This document shows, piece by piece, positions 8,891 through 18,961 of a stretch of DNA of 64,000 bases. Position numbers and translations under genes: made by a program. Source of the stretch: an uncultured archaeon. GTDB lineage: Archaea > Aenigmatarchaeota > Aenigmatarchaeia > PWEA01 > JAGHBM01. Where the stretch lies: the NCBI GenBank assembly GCA_964584335.1, contig CAZOZN010000001.1, positions 243,882 through 307,881 on the forward strand. Direction: 5' to 3'. The notes under the pieces were generated by a model. That model searched no databases, had not been told where the DNA came from, and worked only from the letters and a program-made list of their open reading frames with translations. Within the stretch, counting starts at the first letter, position 1, and each line of letters begins with the position of its first letter.

Positions 8891-9688
8891 ATGGATACTA
8901 AAATAAAGTTAATAAAGAAAATAGACCCAAAGAACCCTGTTTTTATAGAGGGTTTACCGGGCATCGGCAGCGTTGGAAGGGTTTCCGCTCAATATCTTAT
9001 AGACGAGTTAAAAGCAAAGAAGTTCGCTGAGTTATATTCACCGTATTTTTTGCCTTTTGTTAGTATTCATGAGAGCCTTATAAAAATGCTTAAGAATGAG
9101 TTTTATTACTGGAAAAATCCCAAGAAGGGCGGGAGCGACTTAATATTTTTAGTAGGTGACTGCCAGTGCGGTGACTCTGGTACTGTAGGTCATTATGAGA
9201 TAACTGAAAAGGTCCTGGATTTTTGTGAAAATCTTGGAGTAAAGAAAATTTTTACCCTGGGCGGTTTTGCTACGGGAGAAATAGAGGAAACAAAAGACAT
9301 AGAAATACTTGGAGCAGTTAACGACAAGAAGCTTATTAAAAAATATAAAAATTTCGATATAGATTTTAAGTCTTCCGCAAAGAGAATACAGTACATAGTA
9401 GGTGCAAGCGGGCTGCTTATAGGCCTTGGTAAAGAAAGGGGAATGGAAGGAGTTTGCCTGATGGGAGAAACTACCGGTTTCCCTATCTTGAGCGATCCCA
9501 GGTCCGCTGAAAAGCTTTTAAACGTGCTTATAAGTATTCTGGATTTGGATATAAAGCTAACTAAGATTGATGAAAAATCCAAGAAAATGGAGGATTTCCT
9601 TAAAAAGCTTGAAGTAATCCAGAAGAAGGCAATGGAAAAACTCATGCCTGAAGAAAAGAGTCATGACAAGCTTAGGTACATAGGGTGA
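8891..9688 (+). CDS. Proteasome assembly chaperone PAC2 family
   Basis: EGLPGIGSVG, IFTLGGF, IVGASGLL, CLMGET, DPRSA. Confidence 0.92.
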   Translation: MDTKIKLIKKIDPKNPVFIEGLPGIGSVGRVSAQYLIDELKAKKFAELYSPYFLPFVSIHESLIKMLKNEFYYWKNPKKGGSDLIFLVGDCQCGDSGTVGHYEITEKVLDFCENLGVKKIFTLGGFATGEIEETKDIEILGAVNDKKLIKKYKNFDIDFKSSAKRIQYIVGASGLLIGLGKERGMEGVCLMGETTGFPILSDPRSAEKLLNVLISILDLDIKLTKIDEKSKKMEDFLKKLEVIQKKAMEKLMPEEKSHDKLRYIG

Positions 9689-9891
9689 TAAATATGGAGA
9701 ATAATGGATATACCAAGTTCGAGAAGACAAGAATTATTTCTGCGAGGGCACTTCAGATAGCTATGGGAGCTCCTTTATTGATAAATGCAAAGTCAAATGA
9801 ACTGGACCCGGTTGATTTGTCAAAAAGAGAATTTAAAAAAGGACTTATACCGATAACTATAAAGAGAAAAATGCCGAGAAAGATGGAATAA
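9685..9891 (+). CDS. rpoK: RNA polymerase subunit K (Rpo6)
   Basis: YTKFEKTRIISARALQIAMGAP. Confidence 0.95.
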   Translation: MINMENNGYTKFEKTRIISARALQIAMGAPLLINAKSNELDPVDLSKREFKKGLIPITIKRKMPRKME

Positions 9892-9932
9892 AATTTGGTT
9901 AATATTTTATATAGCCTTTTATATTACTAATT

Positions 9933-11099
9933 ATGATTAGGGATATTAAGGGATTCAGGATTTATAACAGCAGGGGAGAGCGCACTCTTCTTGTAAAGAT
10001 AACCACTGATTATGGAACTTTTTCCGGCTCAGCGCCTTCTGGCAAGAGCAGGAGCAAGTACGAAGCTCATATAATTCCCGTAGAGAGGTCCCTTAAAATA
10101 ATCCAAAAGATTAAACATAATTTTATAGGCTTGAATGAAAGCGATTTTGACATATTGGACGAGATGCTTGTCGAGCTGGGGGGCAATAACTTTCAAAAGA
10201 TTGGAGCTCATATAGGTGTTGCTCTTACTTCGGCCCTGTTAAAGGCCTCTTATTTTGGCGACCCTTACAAGTATTTTGACGAGATAAGGTTTCCGTATCC
10301 TATTGTTAATGTCATGGGTGGAGGAAAACATGGCGGAGGCACGGATATACAGGAATTCCATCTCATACCAACAAAGGCCGAGAGTTTCCCTCAGGCGATA
10401 GAAATGTGTCAGGAAGGAATAGGCAGAATAAAGACTATTTTGTTGTCTAAGAGAAAATTTGCGGGAAAAAATGATGAAAACGCGCTTATTTCCGACCTTA
10501 AAGAAGAGAAGACTCTTGATATTTTAAGGGAAATTGCTGATGATTTAGAAGCTGATATAGGCGTTGATATGGCTGCATCAAGCCTTTACAACAAATCCAA
10601 AAAGAGGTATGTTTACGAAAAAATGGGCAGAGAAGCCTTGCCTAGCCAGCAAATAGAGGCCGTAAAGGAATTGGTTGATACATGGAAGATTTATTATGTG
10701 GAAGACCCTTTCCATGAGGATGATTTTGATAGTTTCGCGGAACTTTTGAAGTGGAATGATAAGATACTTGTCTGTGGTGACGATCTTTATTCAACCAATA
10801 TTACAAGGCTTAAAAGAGGGCTGAGACTCAATTCCTGCAATTCAATGATTGTAAAGCCAAACCAGGCGGGAACACTTGGTCTTGCAATGAAGGTTGCTCA
10901 GCACGCAAAAACAAGAAATTATAAGATTGCTGTTTCTCACAGGAGCGGTGAGACTAATGACCCCGTTATAGCGGATATCGCGCTTGGAATCGGGGACTTT
11001 ATAAAGACCGGTGTCTGGGGCGGTGAGCGTCTCGCAAAGATGAACCGCCTGCTCGAGCTCTGGGATATTTTAGAATATCCAAGAATGGTAAGAATTTGA
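9933..11099 (+). CDS. eno: Enolase
   Basis: GGGKHGG, DMAAS, VEDPF, GDDL, VKPNQAG, SHRSGET, IKTG. Confidence 0.93.
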   Translation: MIRDIKGFRIYNSRGERTLLVKITTDYGTFSGSAPSGKSRSKYEAHIIPVERSLKIIQKIKHNFIGLNESDFDILDEMLVELGGNNFQKIGAHIGVALTSALLKASYFGDPYKYFDEIRFPYPIVNVMGGGKHGGGTDIQEFHLIPTKAESFPQAIEMCQEGIGRIKTILLSKRKFAGKNDENALISDLKEEKTLDILREIADDLEADIGVDMAASSLYNKSKKRYVYEKMGREALPSQQIEAVKELVDTWKIYYVEDPFHEDDFDSFAELLKWNDKILVCGDDLYSTNITRLKRGLRLNSCNSMIVKPNQAGTLGLAMKVAQHAKTRNYKIAVSHRSGETNDPVIADIALGIGDFIKTGVWGGERLAKMNRLLELWDILEYPRMVRI

Positions 11100-11623
11100 A
11101 TAAGTTTAAATACTTTTACTACCTATTAGTGAATATGTTAATGGATGAAAAAGAAGTAAAAAGATTCCAGTATATATTAAAGGATAACGGGCTGAAAAAA
11201 AGAGATGAATACATAGAAAAGAAGGGCCCCAATGCGGTGCAGACTGTTTTTAAGAATATAAATAAAAAAGAGGCAGGCATGATTATAGGAAATTCCATGA
11301 ATCAGCTAATTGATGAGACTGACAAGGCCTATATGAAAAGTGATTTGTATGATGCTTGTTTTGATGAGTTCAGCATACTTGGCACTTGGATAGACGAATA
11401 CGTAACTCTTGGGTGTATTGACTGCGGCAATCTCAGGCAGGCGAGTGTCAGCGACGCTTTGGATGATGTTTATGGAAAGAGTTTTTTCAAGAAATTATAT
11501 AGCGGGGACTTCAAGAGGTCCGCCAATTCCAAAATTTTTTACAAGACACATGAGCAATTAGAGAACTTTGTATTCGATAATTCTGAATTAAAAAAAGTTG
11601 AAGTGCTTGTTTTCGGAGATTGA
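11096..11623 (+). CDS. Hypothetical protein
   Basis: ORF filling the eno-rps2 gap; start uncertain. Confidence 0.6.
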   Translation: MNKFKYFYYLLVNMLMDEKEVKRFQYILKDNGLKKRDEYIEKKGPNAVQTVFKNINKKEAGMIIGNSMNQLIDETDKAYMKSDLYDACFDEFSILGTWIDEYVTLGCIDCGNLRQASVSDALDDVYGKSFFKKLYSGDFKRSANSKIFYKTHEQLENFVFDNSELKKVEVLVFGD

Positions 11624-11703
11624 TTTATTTTTTCATTTGTTAAACTATTTAAATATATAATCATTAAAAGATTGAGTATAATGGATAGATAATTTATCAA
11701 AAG

Positions 11704-12300
11704 GTGGAAAAAATGACTAACTTGGCTGACAGAAACGAATACTTGTCTGCGGGAGTACATATAGGAATGAGAATGAAGACAAAGGAAATGGCTCCTTTTA
11801 TATTCAAGACAAGACCAGACGGTTTGTCCGTTTTGGATATAGAAAAGACAGACGAGAGAATAGAGGTCGCTGCCAAATTCATATCTTCTTATAATGATGT
11901 AATGGTTGTTTGCAGAAAAACCAATGGAATAAAACCTATAAAAAAGATGGCAGAGATGATTAACGGAAAGGCTGTAACAGAGAGATTCTTGCCCGGCACT
12001 TTGAGCAATCCCAATTTTAAGAATTACATGGAGCCGGACTTGGTTGTGGTTACTGACCCTATAGCAGACAAGCAGGCTGTGAAGGAAGCCACAGAAAAAA
12101 GAATACCTATAGTTGCTATATGTGACACATACAATGATATGGAATTTATAGATTTGATTATACCCGCAAACAACAAAGGAAAGAAATCTTTAGGGCTTAT
12201 TTATTATCTTCTTACAAGGGAGATTCTTAAGGCAAAGGGAGATATAAAGAAGAATTCTGATTTCAAGGCATCTCTTGAAGATTTTACAGAAAAAGAATAA
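11704..12300 (+). CDS. rps2: 30S ribosomal protein S2
   Basis: YLSAGVHIG, RFLPGTLSNP, IPANNKGKKSL. Confidence 0.97.
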   Translation: MEKMTNLADRNEYLSAGVHIGMRMKTKEMAPFIFKTRPDGLSVLDIEKTDERIEVAAKFISSYNDVMVVCRKTNGIKPIKKMAEMINGKAVTERFLPGTLSNPNFKNYMEPDLVVVTDPIADKQAVKEATEKRIPIVAICDTYNDMEFIDLIIPANNKGKKSLGLIYYLLTREILKAKGDIKKNSDFKASLEDFTEKE

Positions 12301-12301
12301 C

Positions 12302-13264
12302 TTATTTTAGAGCCGATACTTGGGCCAAAAATGCTTCAAGCTGAATCATCGGATTCCCACCTTCATCCAATCGGAATTCATATTCTCCAAGGTACTGTAT
12401 TATTTTTATTTTGTTTTCCTCTGAGGTATCCAAGTCATATGCTTGCCTGTGTATTTCTTTTATAACGTCTTCTCCCGATATGCCTTGTTTTATAAGTATA
12501 TCATAAAGTATTTTTCTTGACTCTATAAACTTTCCCTTGAGAGACAGGTCAATCATTTTGTCTATATCTTTTGGTTTTGCCTGTGCCGCCACATCATACA
12601 CAACTTTCTCTGTTATTTTTTTATGCAGCGCGGCGGATGACTGAAGAAGATTAACGTTTCTTCTCATATCACCTTCTGTTATATGAAGTATTGCATCAAT
12701 GGCCTTTTCGTCTATATCCAGTTTTTCTTTTTCTGCTATGCCTTTAAGGTATTCCTTGCTTTTTTCCTTGTCTACTCCGGAAAATCTGAATACGGCACAT
12801 CTTGACTGTATGGGGTCTATTATTCTTGAGCTGTAGTTGGCTATCAGTATAAAGCGGCAGGTATTGGTGTAATTCTCCATGGTCCTTCTCAATGCCTGCT
12901 GAGCCTCCGGTGTAAGCGCATCCGCCTCGTCCAGAACAGCTATCTTGAAAGGAAGCTCTCCTATGGGTCTTGTCCTGGCGAAGTCTTTTATCTTGTGCCT
13001 TACAACGTTTATTCCTCTTTCATCTGATGCGTTTGTTTCAAGGTAGTTTTGCTTCCATCCTTCCCCATAAACTTCATGAGCTATTGCAAGCGAGCATGTT
13101 GTTTTTCCGACTCCCGCAGGTCCGGCAAAAAGCATGTTGGGTATGTTCTTGTTCTTTACAAAGGCCTTTAATCTTTCTATTATTTCTTTGTGATTTACTA
13201 CATCATCCAGTTTTTTTGGCCTGTATTTTTCTGTCCAAACTTCAAGTGTCATCTTATCCCACAC
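12302..13264 (-). CDS. rfcS: Replication factor C small subunit
   Basis: WTEKYRP, GPAGVGKT, NASDERGI, LDEADAL, SRC. Confidence 0.97.
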   Translation of the reverse strand: MWDKMTLEVWTEKYRPKKLDDVVNHKEIIERLKAFVKNKNIPNMLFAGPAGVGKTTCSLAIAHEVYGEGWKQNYLETNASDERGINVVRHKIKDFARTRPIGELPFKIAVLDEADALTPEAQQALRRTMENYTNTCRFILIANYSSRIIDPIQSRCAVFRFSGVDKEKSKEYLKGIAEKEKLDIDEKAIDAILHITEGDMRRNVNLLQSSAALHKKITEKVVYDVAAQAKPKDIDKMIDLSLKGKFIESRKILYDILIKQGISGEDVIKEIHRQAYDLDTSEENKIKIIQYLGEYEFRLDEGGNPMIQLEAFLAQVSALK

Positions 13265-13311
13265 AAAACGAGTACAAAGATTATTAGAGTCTTTTTAATA
13301 AATACCTTTGC

Positions 13312-13707
13312 TTAGAGAGGAAGCTTTCTTTTGTAGACTATTCCTTCTGCTGTTTCAAATTTTTCATATAATCCAAGTTCAATTGCTTCTTCTATGGATT
13401 TTTGTACTACTTTTTTCATTATCGGCTTTTCCATATATTCTTCCATTCTTTTTAATATATCTGAAAAATAAAGCTCTTCGTCCGGAGATTCAAAAATATC
13501 CTCAATCAGCACATCCATGGGAATGTTTTTTATCTTGGTTTTATTTGTTTCGTAATTGGGGGGAATGTCTGATTTTTTGAGGTACTTGCTTACAGTGCTT
13601 TTACATACCCCGGCTTCTGCAGCAATCTCCGAAATGCTCAGTTTATCTTTATGAGCCTCATAAATTTTTCTTATTTTTTTATCGGAAATTTTAGTCATAT
13701 AAAACAC
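13312..13707 (-). CDS. HTH DNA-binding protein
   Basis: LSISEIAAEAGVCKSTVSKYL. Confidence 0.7.
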   Translation of the reverse strand: MFYMTKISDKKIRKIYEAHKDKLSISEIAAEAGVCKSTVSKYLKKSDIPPNYETNKTKIKNIPMDVLIEDIFESPDEELYFSDILKRMEEYMEKPIMKKVVQKSIEEAIELGLYEKFETAEGIVYKRKLPL

Positions 13708-13724
13708 TTAAAAGAAACAGTAAA

Positions 13725-13952
13725 CTAACTGTAGAAAAAGGGAAGCTTTGCGTTTCTTTCTACTTCTTCTGAATCATAGCCTTTCCATGTCAGCCTTTCT
13801 TTTGATTTCATTTCGGCTTCAAAAACATTATAACCAATATTCATATAATGCCTGACGTTTCTTTTATGGTCACTTCCTATGACTCTTCCCCTGAATCTTG
13901 GGTCATTTCTTAATCTGAAGGCGTCTTCTATAATTTTTTCTCCCGCGTTCAT
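13725..13952 (-). CDS. Hypothetical protein
   Basis: Start reassigned to MNAGEK to avoid overlap with AK6. Confidence 0.5.
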   Translation of the reverse strand: MNAGEKIIEDAFRLRNDPRFRGRVIGSDHKRNVRHYMNIGYNVFEAEMKSKERLTWKGYDSEEVERNAKLPFFYS

Positions 13953-14022
13953 AATTATTTTTATTATGTAAGCTTTAAATATCGATAGCTTCTTTATAAG
14001 TTTTTTAATCCTAAGTTTTAAC

Positions 14023-14538
14023 ATGATAATATCTGTTTCAGGGACTCCGGGGACGGGCAAGACAGAAACGTCGAAGGCTCTTGCCGGTATCCTTTCTTAT
14101 GAATATATTGACCTGAATATACTATCAGAAAAGAAAGGGCTCATTATCGGTTTCGACAGTGGTAGAAAATCAAAGATAGTCGATACAAATAAATTGGCTG
14201 ATTTAAATTTACCTGAAGACAGTGTTGTGGATGGGCATCTTTCTCACTTTGTAAAGTCAGATAAAGTAGTTATTTTGAGGACAAGACCTGATATTCTTAA
14301 AAAGAGGATTTTAAAGCGAAATTGGCCCTTAAAAAAGGTAAAAGAGAACCTAGAATCAGAGATTTTGGGAGTTTGCTCATCCGAGGCCTATGATACATGG
14401 GGTAAGGAAAGGATTATCGAAGTTGATACTACGGATAAAACACCCGAAGAATCCGCATTATATATAAAAAAACATATAAATAGTAAAAACACGAAAGAGA
14501 TTGATTGGCTAGAAGATTTTGATTATATGCTGGAGTGA
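14023..14538 (+). CDS. Adenylate kinase AK6/Fap7 family
   Basis: SGTPGTGKT, VDGHLSH, KVKENLESEIL. Confidence 0.92.
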   Translation: MIISVSGTPGTGKTETSKALAGILSYEYIDLNILSEKKGLIIGFDSGRKSKIVDTNKLADLNLPEDSVVDGHLSHFVKSDKVVILRTRPDILKKRILKRNWPLKKVKENLESEILGVCSSEAYDTWGKERIIEVDTTDKTPEESALYIKKHINSKNTKEIDWLEDFDYMLE

Positions 14539-14544
14539 GGGTGT

Positions 14545-15360
14545 ATGGCTCTGTTAAATATTTTTAAAACATTCAGTCTTATGGCAGTATTAACCGGGAT
14601 ATTTCTCGGTATAGGTTATGTGCTGGGAGGAATCGGAGGCGCTTTCATATCATTATTGATGGCATTCTTAATGAATTTTGTATCTTACTGGTTTTCTGAC
14701 AAAATAGTGCTCAAAATGTACGGAGCAAAGGAAATAAAAGAGGAAGACAACAAGAGCCTTCACGAAATGGTTGAAGAGCTTTGTAAAGAGGCAAAAATTC
14801 CCAAGCCAAAGCTATATATGCTGAGAAGCAACGTGCCTAACGCGTTTGCTACCGGAAGGAACCCCGAACATTCTGCCGTGGCTGTAACTTTTGGCCTTAT
14901 CAAGAATCTTAATCAGAAAGAGATAAAGGGGGTAATCGCACATGAAATTTCTCATATAGTAAATCGTGATACACTTGTGCAAACCATGGCAGCTACAATA
15001 GGCGGTGCTATAACATGGCTTTCCTACGCTTTTCTTTTTGATAGGGACAGGAATTCCCTGGGTCTTCTAATGATGATTTTCGCCCCTCTTGCTGCCGGTA
15101 TGGTGAGAATGTCTATAAGCAGGAGCCGCGAGTACATGGCTGACGAATCCGGTGCAAAGCTTTCAAGTGACCCTCTCGGGCTTGCTTCAGCTCTAGAGAA
15201 AATACATAAAATCTCTGTAAAAAACCCTGTCAAGATAAACCCCTCGACTTCCCATTTGTTTATAATAAACCCTCTTAGTGCAAGAGGAATGGCCCGCCTG
15301 TTTTCAACACACCCGCCCGTAGAGGACAGAATAAAAAGGCTGAAAGAGATGAAAATTTGA
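14545..15360 (+). CDS. htpX: Zinc metalloprotease HtpX (M48)
   Basis: PNAFATGR, HEISH, SRSREYMAD, STHPP. Confidence 0.96.
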   Translation: MALLNIFKTFSLMAVLTGIFLGIGYVLGGIGGAFISLLMAFLMNFVSYWFSDKIVLKMYGAKEIKEEDNKSLHEMVEELCKEAKIPKPKLYMLRSNVPNAFATGRNPEHSAVAVTFGLIKNLNQKEIKGVIAHEISHIVNRDTLVQTMAATIGGAITWLSYAFLFDRDRNSLGLLMMIFAPLAAGMVRMSISRSREYMADESGAKLSSDPLGLASALEKIHKISVKNPVKINPSTSHLFIINPLSARGMARLFSTHPPVEDRIKRLKEMKI

Positions 15361-15391
15361 ACTTAAATAGTTTTTTTGTCTTAACCTAAGT

Positions 15392-15850
15392 ATGAACAGC
15401 ATTTCAGTAGCATTAACTTACGAAGGAAGCAAGAAAAGAGGCTACGCTAACAAAATCCCGGTTGGAGAAAACGCTCTCGTTGAGATAGACAAGCATGGCA
15501 ACATTTTCTCTTCATGCAATATTGATATAGACGAAAATCACGATTTTGTATTTACCGACAACCAGAAGAAAGATAACAGAGATTTGGAGGCTATAAACTA
15601 TGCCTGGCTTTTGACAAACAGATTCAGGTCTATTTTTTCTCTGGGTGATAATTATGAGAAGGATTTCAGGTTTGAATTCAGGACAGAAAAAAAATTTGAT
15701 TTCGAATCCCAGAAGAAATTTAATTCCTTAATGGAGGAGTTTGGCGAAAAGTACTTTAAGCCCCTTGGTGATTATAAAATGGATGTATCCGGCGATGAAG
15801 GCAAGCTTATCTACTCCGTAGCGCCAAAAAACAACATTTTTAAGCAATAG
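15392..15850 (+). CDS. Hypothetical protein
   Basis: 152-aa ORF with own TATA-like upstream sequence. Confidence 0.6.
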   Translation: MNSISVALTYEGSKKRGYANKIPVGENALVEIDKHGNIFSSCNIDIDENHDFVFTDNQKKDNRDLEAINYAWLLTNRFRSIFSLGDNYEKDFRFEFRTEKKFDFESQKKFNSLMEEFGEKYFKPLGDYKMDVSGDEGKLIYSVAPKNNIFKQ

Positions 15851-15904
15851 AAAAATATTTAAACTTGACACACAAAATCTAAGAGTACTTTAAAGGTGAA
15901 TTTT

Positions 15905-16072
15905 ATGATAAAGGAAGTTGCAAGAAAAAGACTTTTCGACAATGTTTTTATATGCGGAAAGTGCAAGGCTAAAATAAGAGCCAACTCTTTCAAAGTAAGA
16001 GACGGAAAGATAAAATGCAGGAAGTGCGGTTCAAATTCTTTAAGACCAAAAAGCAAGGAAAACAGGTCATAG
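15905..16072 (+). CDS. rpl40e: 50S ribosomal protein L40e (absent from ORF track)
   Basis: Read by hand: MIKEVARKRLFDNVFICGKCKAKIR...KCRKCGSNSLRPKSKE. Confidence 0.9.
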   Translation: MIKEVARKRLFDNVFICGKCKAKIRANSFKVRDGKIKCRKCGSNSLRPKSKENRS

Positions 16073-16144
16073 ATTAATTTTTTATCTGTCAATGTTTAAT
16101 GTTTAAATATTAAAATCTTCAAATCTTTAAAAAAGTGGTTTATA

Positions 16145-16978
16145 ATGGTAAAACATTTTATCGAGCTTTTGCGTCCCATCAACAGCATGATGGCTGCGAT
16201 AGCTGTTTTTGTTGGTGCGGTTGTCGTAGGAGGAACTGATATAGTCTCGTTGACTGAGCTTCATCTTGCAATAATAGCCACTTTCCTGATAACCGGGGCT
16301 GGAATGACTATAAACGATTTTTATGACAGGGACATAGATTTTTTGAACAAGAGACACAGGCCAATCCCTTCGGGAAGAATAGCACCCAAGGGAGCTTTCA
16401 TGTTTTCAATGGTATTGTTTGCGGTAGGCATTTACATAACTTATTTCATAAATTTTTACTGTTTCAATATAGCTCTTGTCAATTCTTTCCTTCTTTTTGT
16501 TTATTCCAGAAAGTTCAAGAAGATACTTCTTGTTGGTCATGTTTTTGTTAGCTATCTCGTGGCATCTTCTTTTATATTGGGAGGACTTGCGGTTAACGCG
16601 GGGGGCCTTATGCCTTTATTCACAATAGCTCTGATTTCATTCTTTTCAAACTTTTCAAGGGAGATAATAAAAACAATTGAAGACATGAGGGGAGACCGTC
16701 TAGGTAAGGTAAAATCACTCCCGATTTTGATAGGAGAGAAAAGCGCAAGAAAGATAGCTTCGATACTTATAGGGTTGACAATATTCTTTGCTCCTTTGCC
16801 TTATCTTTTTGGCTATATGGGTAACTCTTACATGTATGTCGTTTCTATAGGCCTTGTTCTTTTTGTATTCTCTATAATATGGAACCAGAGAGAAACTCCA
16901 GCAGGAAAAGTACACAAATTAATGAAAGTTGCCATGTTTATTTCCTTGATTGCTTTTCTTGTCGGTGCCATTTTCTAA
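16145..16978 (+). CDS. UbiA-family prenyltransferase, digeranylgeranylglyceryl phosphate synthase-like
   Basis: INDFYDRDID, RPIPSG, REIIKTIEDMRGD; multiple TM helices. Confidence 0.85.
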   Translation: MVKHFIELLRPINSMMAAIAVFVGAVVVGGTDIVSLTELHLAIIATFLITGAGMTINDFYDRDIDFLNKRHRPIPSGRIAPKGAFMFSMVLFAVGIYITYFINFYCFNIALVNSFLLFVYSRKFKKILLVGHVFVSYLVASSFILGGLAVNAGGLMPLFTIALISFFSNFSREIIKTIEDMRGDRLGKVKSLPILIGEKSARKIASILIGLTIFFAPLPYLFGYMGNSYMYVVSIGLVLFVFSIIWNQRETPAGKVHKLMKVAMFISLIAFLVGAIF

Positions 16979-17016
16979 GGAAAAAATATATAAAACACCA
17001 ATCACTAAAGATTGGT

Positions 17017-17304
17017 ATGATGTTAACAAAGATTACGGAATACATAAAAGAAAACAATGTAAAATCTCCTCTCTATCATACATGGAGAGAACTGGAAAAG
17101 GATGGAGAGAAGAAAGGCGAGATAAGGATACTTGTTCTTGAGGACAATAAGGCAAGAGCCGAATACAAGTGCCCCGATTGCGGTCATCATGGGTATTTGG
17201 AGAGAGAATGGAAAAGGCCTTTTAATGTAAAGTGTGATAACTGCGGTAACACTATAAGGGTTCCCAGACTCAAGGACCAGATAAAAAGAGAAAAAAAGAA
17301 ATAG
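17017..17304 (+). CDS. Zinc-ribbon protein
   Basis: YKCPDCG...VKCDNCG; start reassigned. Confidence 0.7.
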   Translation: MMLTKITEYIKENNVKSPLYHTWRELEKDGEKKGEIRILVLEDNKARAEYKCPDCGHHGYLEREWKRPFNVKCDNCGNTIRVPRLKDQIKREKKK

Positions 17305-17313
17305 AGGGTTTTT

Positions 17314-17598
17314 ATGCCTAATGATTTTGTGCCTAAAGATGAAGTAGGTTTCATTTTAAAGAGTCTTGACATGACCCCAAGAAATTTCAGTACTCTCGTT
17401 GACGGACTAGGGAAATTGTATGGCATGAGTGGCGAGGAGGCCGAGAGTTACATAACTGAATTGGACGGCGTGTCAAAAGAAAAAAACGAATCGGATGAAA
17501 AATTAAAGGGATGTATGGAAATTTACGAAGTCGGCCTTGACAGAAGGTGCTGCATAACTGAAAAGGGAAGGGAAATTCTTCACAAGTATTTCATTTAG
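17314..17598 (+). CDS. Hypothetical protein (possible winged helix)
   Basis: C-terminal ITEKGREIL. Confidence 0.5.
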   Translation: MPNDFVPKDEVGFILKSLDMTPRNFSTLVDGLGKLYGMSGEEAESYITELDGVSKEKNESDEKLKGCMEIYEVGLDRRCCITEKGREILHKYFI

Positions 17599-17635
17599 AA
17601 ATCTTTTTATTTGTTTGATTTTGAAAATAAGTTAT

Positions 17636-17752
17636 GCCTCAGTAGCTCAGCCGGTAGAGCGTTGCCTTGGTAAGGCAGAGGTCGAGGGTTCAAGTGTTTG
17701 AAACTGAAGTTTCATAATTTCAGTCAAACTGAAACTCCCCCCTGAGGCTCCA
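17636..17752 (+). tRNA. tRNA-Thr(GGT) with 41-nt intron at 59/60 (17695-17735), CCA encoded
   Basis: GCCTCAG/CTGAGGC acceptor, GCTC/GAGC D-stem, TTGCC-TTGGTAA-GGCAG; perfect BHB GGG-TTCA-AG^T-GTTTG / CAAAC-TGAA-AC^T-CCC. Confidence 0.93.
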
Positions 17753-17753
17753 T
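17737..17753 (+). repeat. attL core (tRNA-Thr 3' end) CCCCCCTGAGGCTCCAT
   Basis: Identical 17-mer at 29006-29022. Confidence 0.9.
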
Positions 17754-17794
17754 GTTTTTTCCTTAGGGCTCCACTCAATTTTTTATCCCATCTT

Positions 17795-18943
17795 ATGAGG
17801 TTTGGGAGAGTGAGTAGACTTCACAAAACAGGAAAAAGATTGATATCTTGTTATAAAAGAGTAGAAAAATTAGAGAAAGAAAAGGACGTTGAACTTATTT
17901 TTAGGTTCAGGGACTACTGCTATGCAAACAGTCTATCAGATTCCCGTATATTATTTTATCTGAATAAGCTGGTTGTAATAAGCAGAATGGTTGAAAAGAG
18001 TCTGGATGAACTGGAAAAGGAAGATATTGAGAAAATCGTTGCAAAGATTTCCAGGTCTTATGAATCTGAATGGACAAAACACGGATTCAAAACAACAATA
18101 AAAAAATTTTACAAATGGTTAGAAGGAGACGGTGAAGATTTTCCAAAGAAGGTGAAATGGATCAAACCATCTCCAAGAAAATCAAAACTCCGTAAACCAA
18201 CAATTCTTTCTAAAGAAGAAATAAAACGAATTTTTGATATTTCTGAAGGAATTCTTGAGAAAGCCTTGTCAACTTTCATGTATGAAAGCGGTTGCAGGTC
18301 GCCGGATGAATTGCTGAATTTGAGTATCGGTGATGTTGATATTCTGGATAACAGAGCAAAAGTAAGGCTTGTAAGTGGCAAAGTCGGTGAAAGAAGGATT
18401 CTACTGGTTTCTTCTGTCCCCTACTTGAAGGAATGGTTAAACAAGCATCCGAAAAAGAATTTTGGCAAGCCATTCTGGTACAAAGGAGATAAGCCATTAA
18501 CATACAATGTTCTCCGAGGAATAATCAAAAAGTGGAAAAGGAAAGCACACATTGAGAAGGAAATGACTGCTTATACTTTCAGAAGAACCCGTGCCACGCA
18601 CTTGTCTAACAAGTGGCCTACTCCAGTCCTCTACAAGTACATGGGCTGGGTTCCCGGTTCCGACGTCATAGAAAGATATGTGGCTCTGAATGAGGATGAT
18701 GTTGAAGAAACCGTCCTAAAATTCTATGGAATGAATTCTGAAATAAAGAAAACTGACATTAGATCAATGTTCTGTTCCTTCTGTGGTCAGCAAAATCCAC
18801 CAGACCTTGATTTCTGCCACTTTTGTAGTAATCCACTAACGGATTTGGCCAAGAAAAAAGAGCGGGAGGAACACATCAAGGCCATGCTTGACAAGATGAT
18901 AGAAAAGAAAGTTGAAGAAATTAAAGTCAATAAAACAAAGTAA
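17795..18943 (+). CDS. Tyrosine integrase with C-terminal zinc ribbon
   Basis: YESGCR, GK, YTFRRTRAT, MGW...RY catalytic set; CSFC...CHFC. Confidence 0.93.
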   Translation: MRFGRVSRLHKTGKRLISCYKRVEKLEKEKDVELIFRFRDYCYANSLSDSRILFYLNKLVVISRMVEKSLDELEKEDIEKIVAKISRSYESEWTKHGFKTTIKKFYKWLEGDGEDFPKKVKWIKPSPRKSKLRKPTILSKEEIKRIFDISEGILEKALSTFMYESGCRSPDELLNLSIGDVDILDNRAKVRLVSGKVGERRILLVSSVPYLKEWLNKHPKKNFGKPFWYKGDKPLTYNVLRGIIKKWKRKAHIEKEMTAYTFRRTRATHLSNKWPTPVLYKYMGWVPGSDVIERYVALNEDDVEETVLKFYGMNSEIKKTDIRSMFCSFCGQQNPPDLDFCHFCSNPLTDLAKKKEREEHIKAMLDKMIEKKVEEIKVNKTK

Positions 18944-18961
18944 ATTCTTAATATATCACAT

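Noticed and set aside
15859-16092. 77-aa minus-strand ORF
   Set aside because: Antisense to rpl40e
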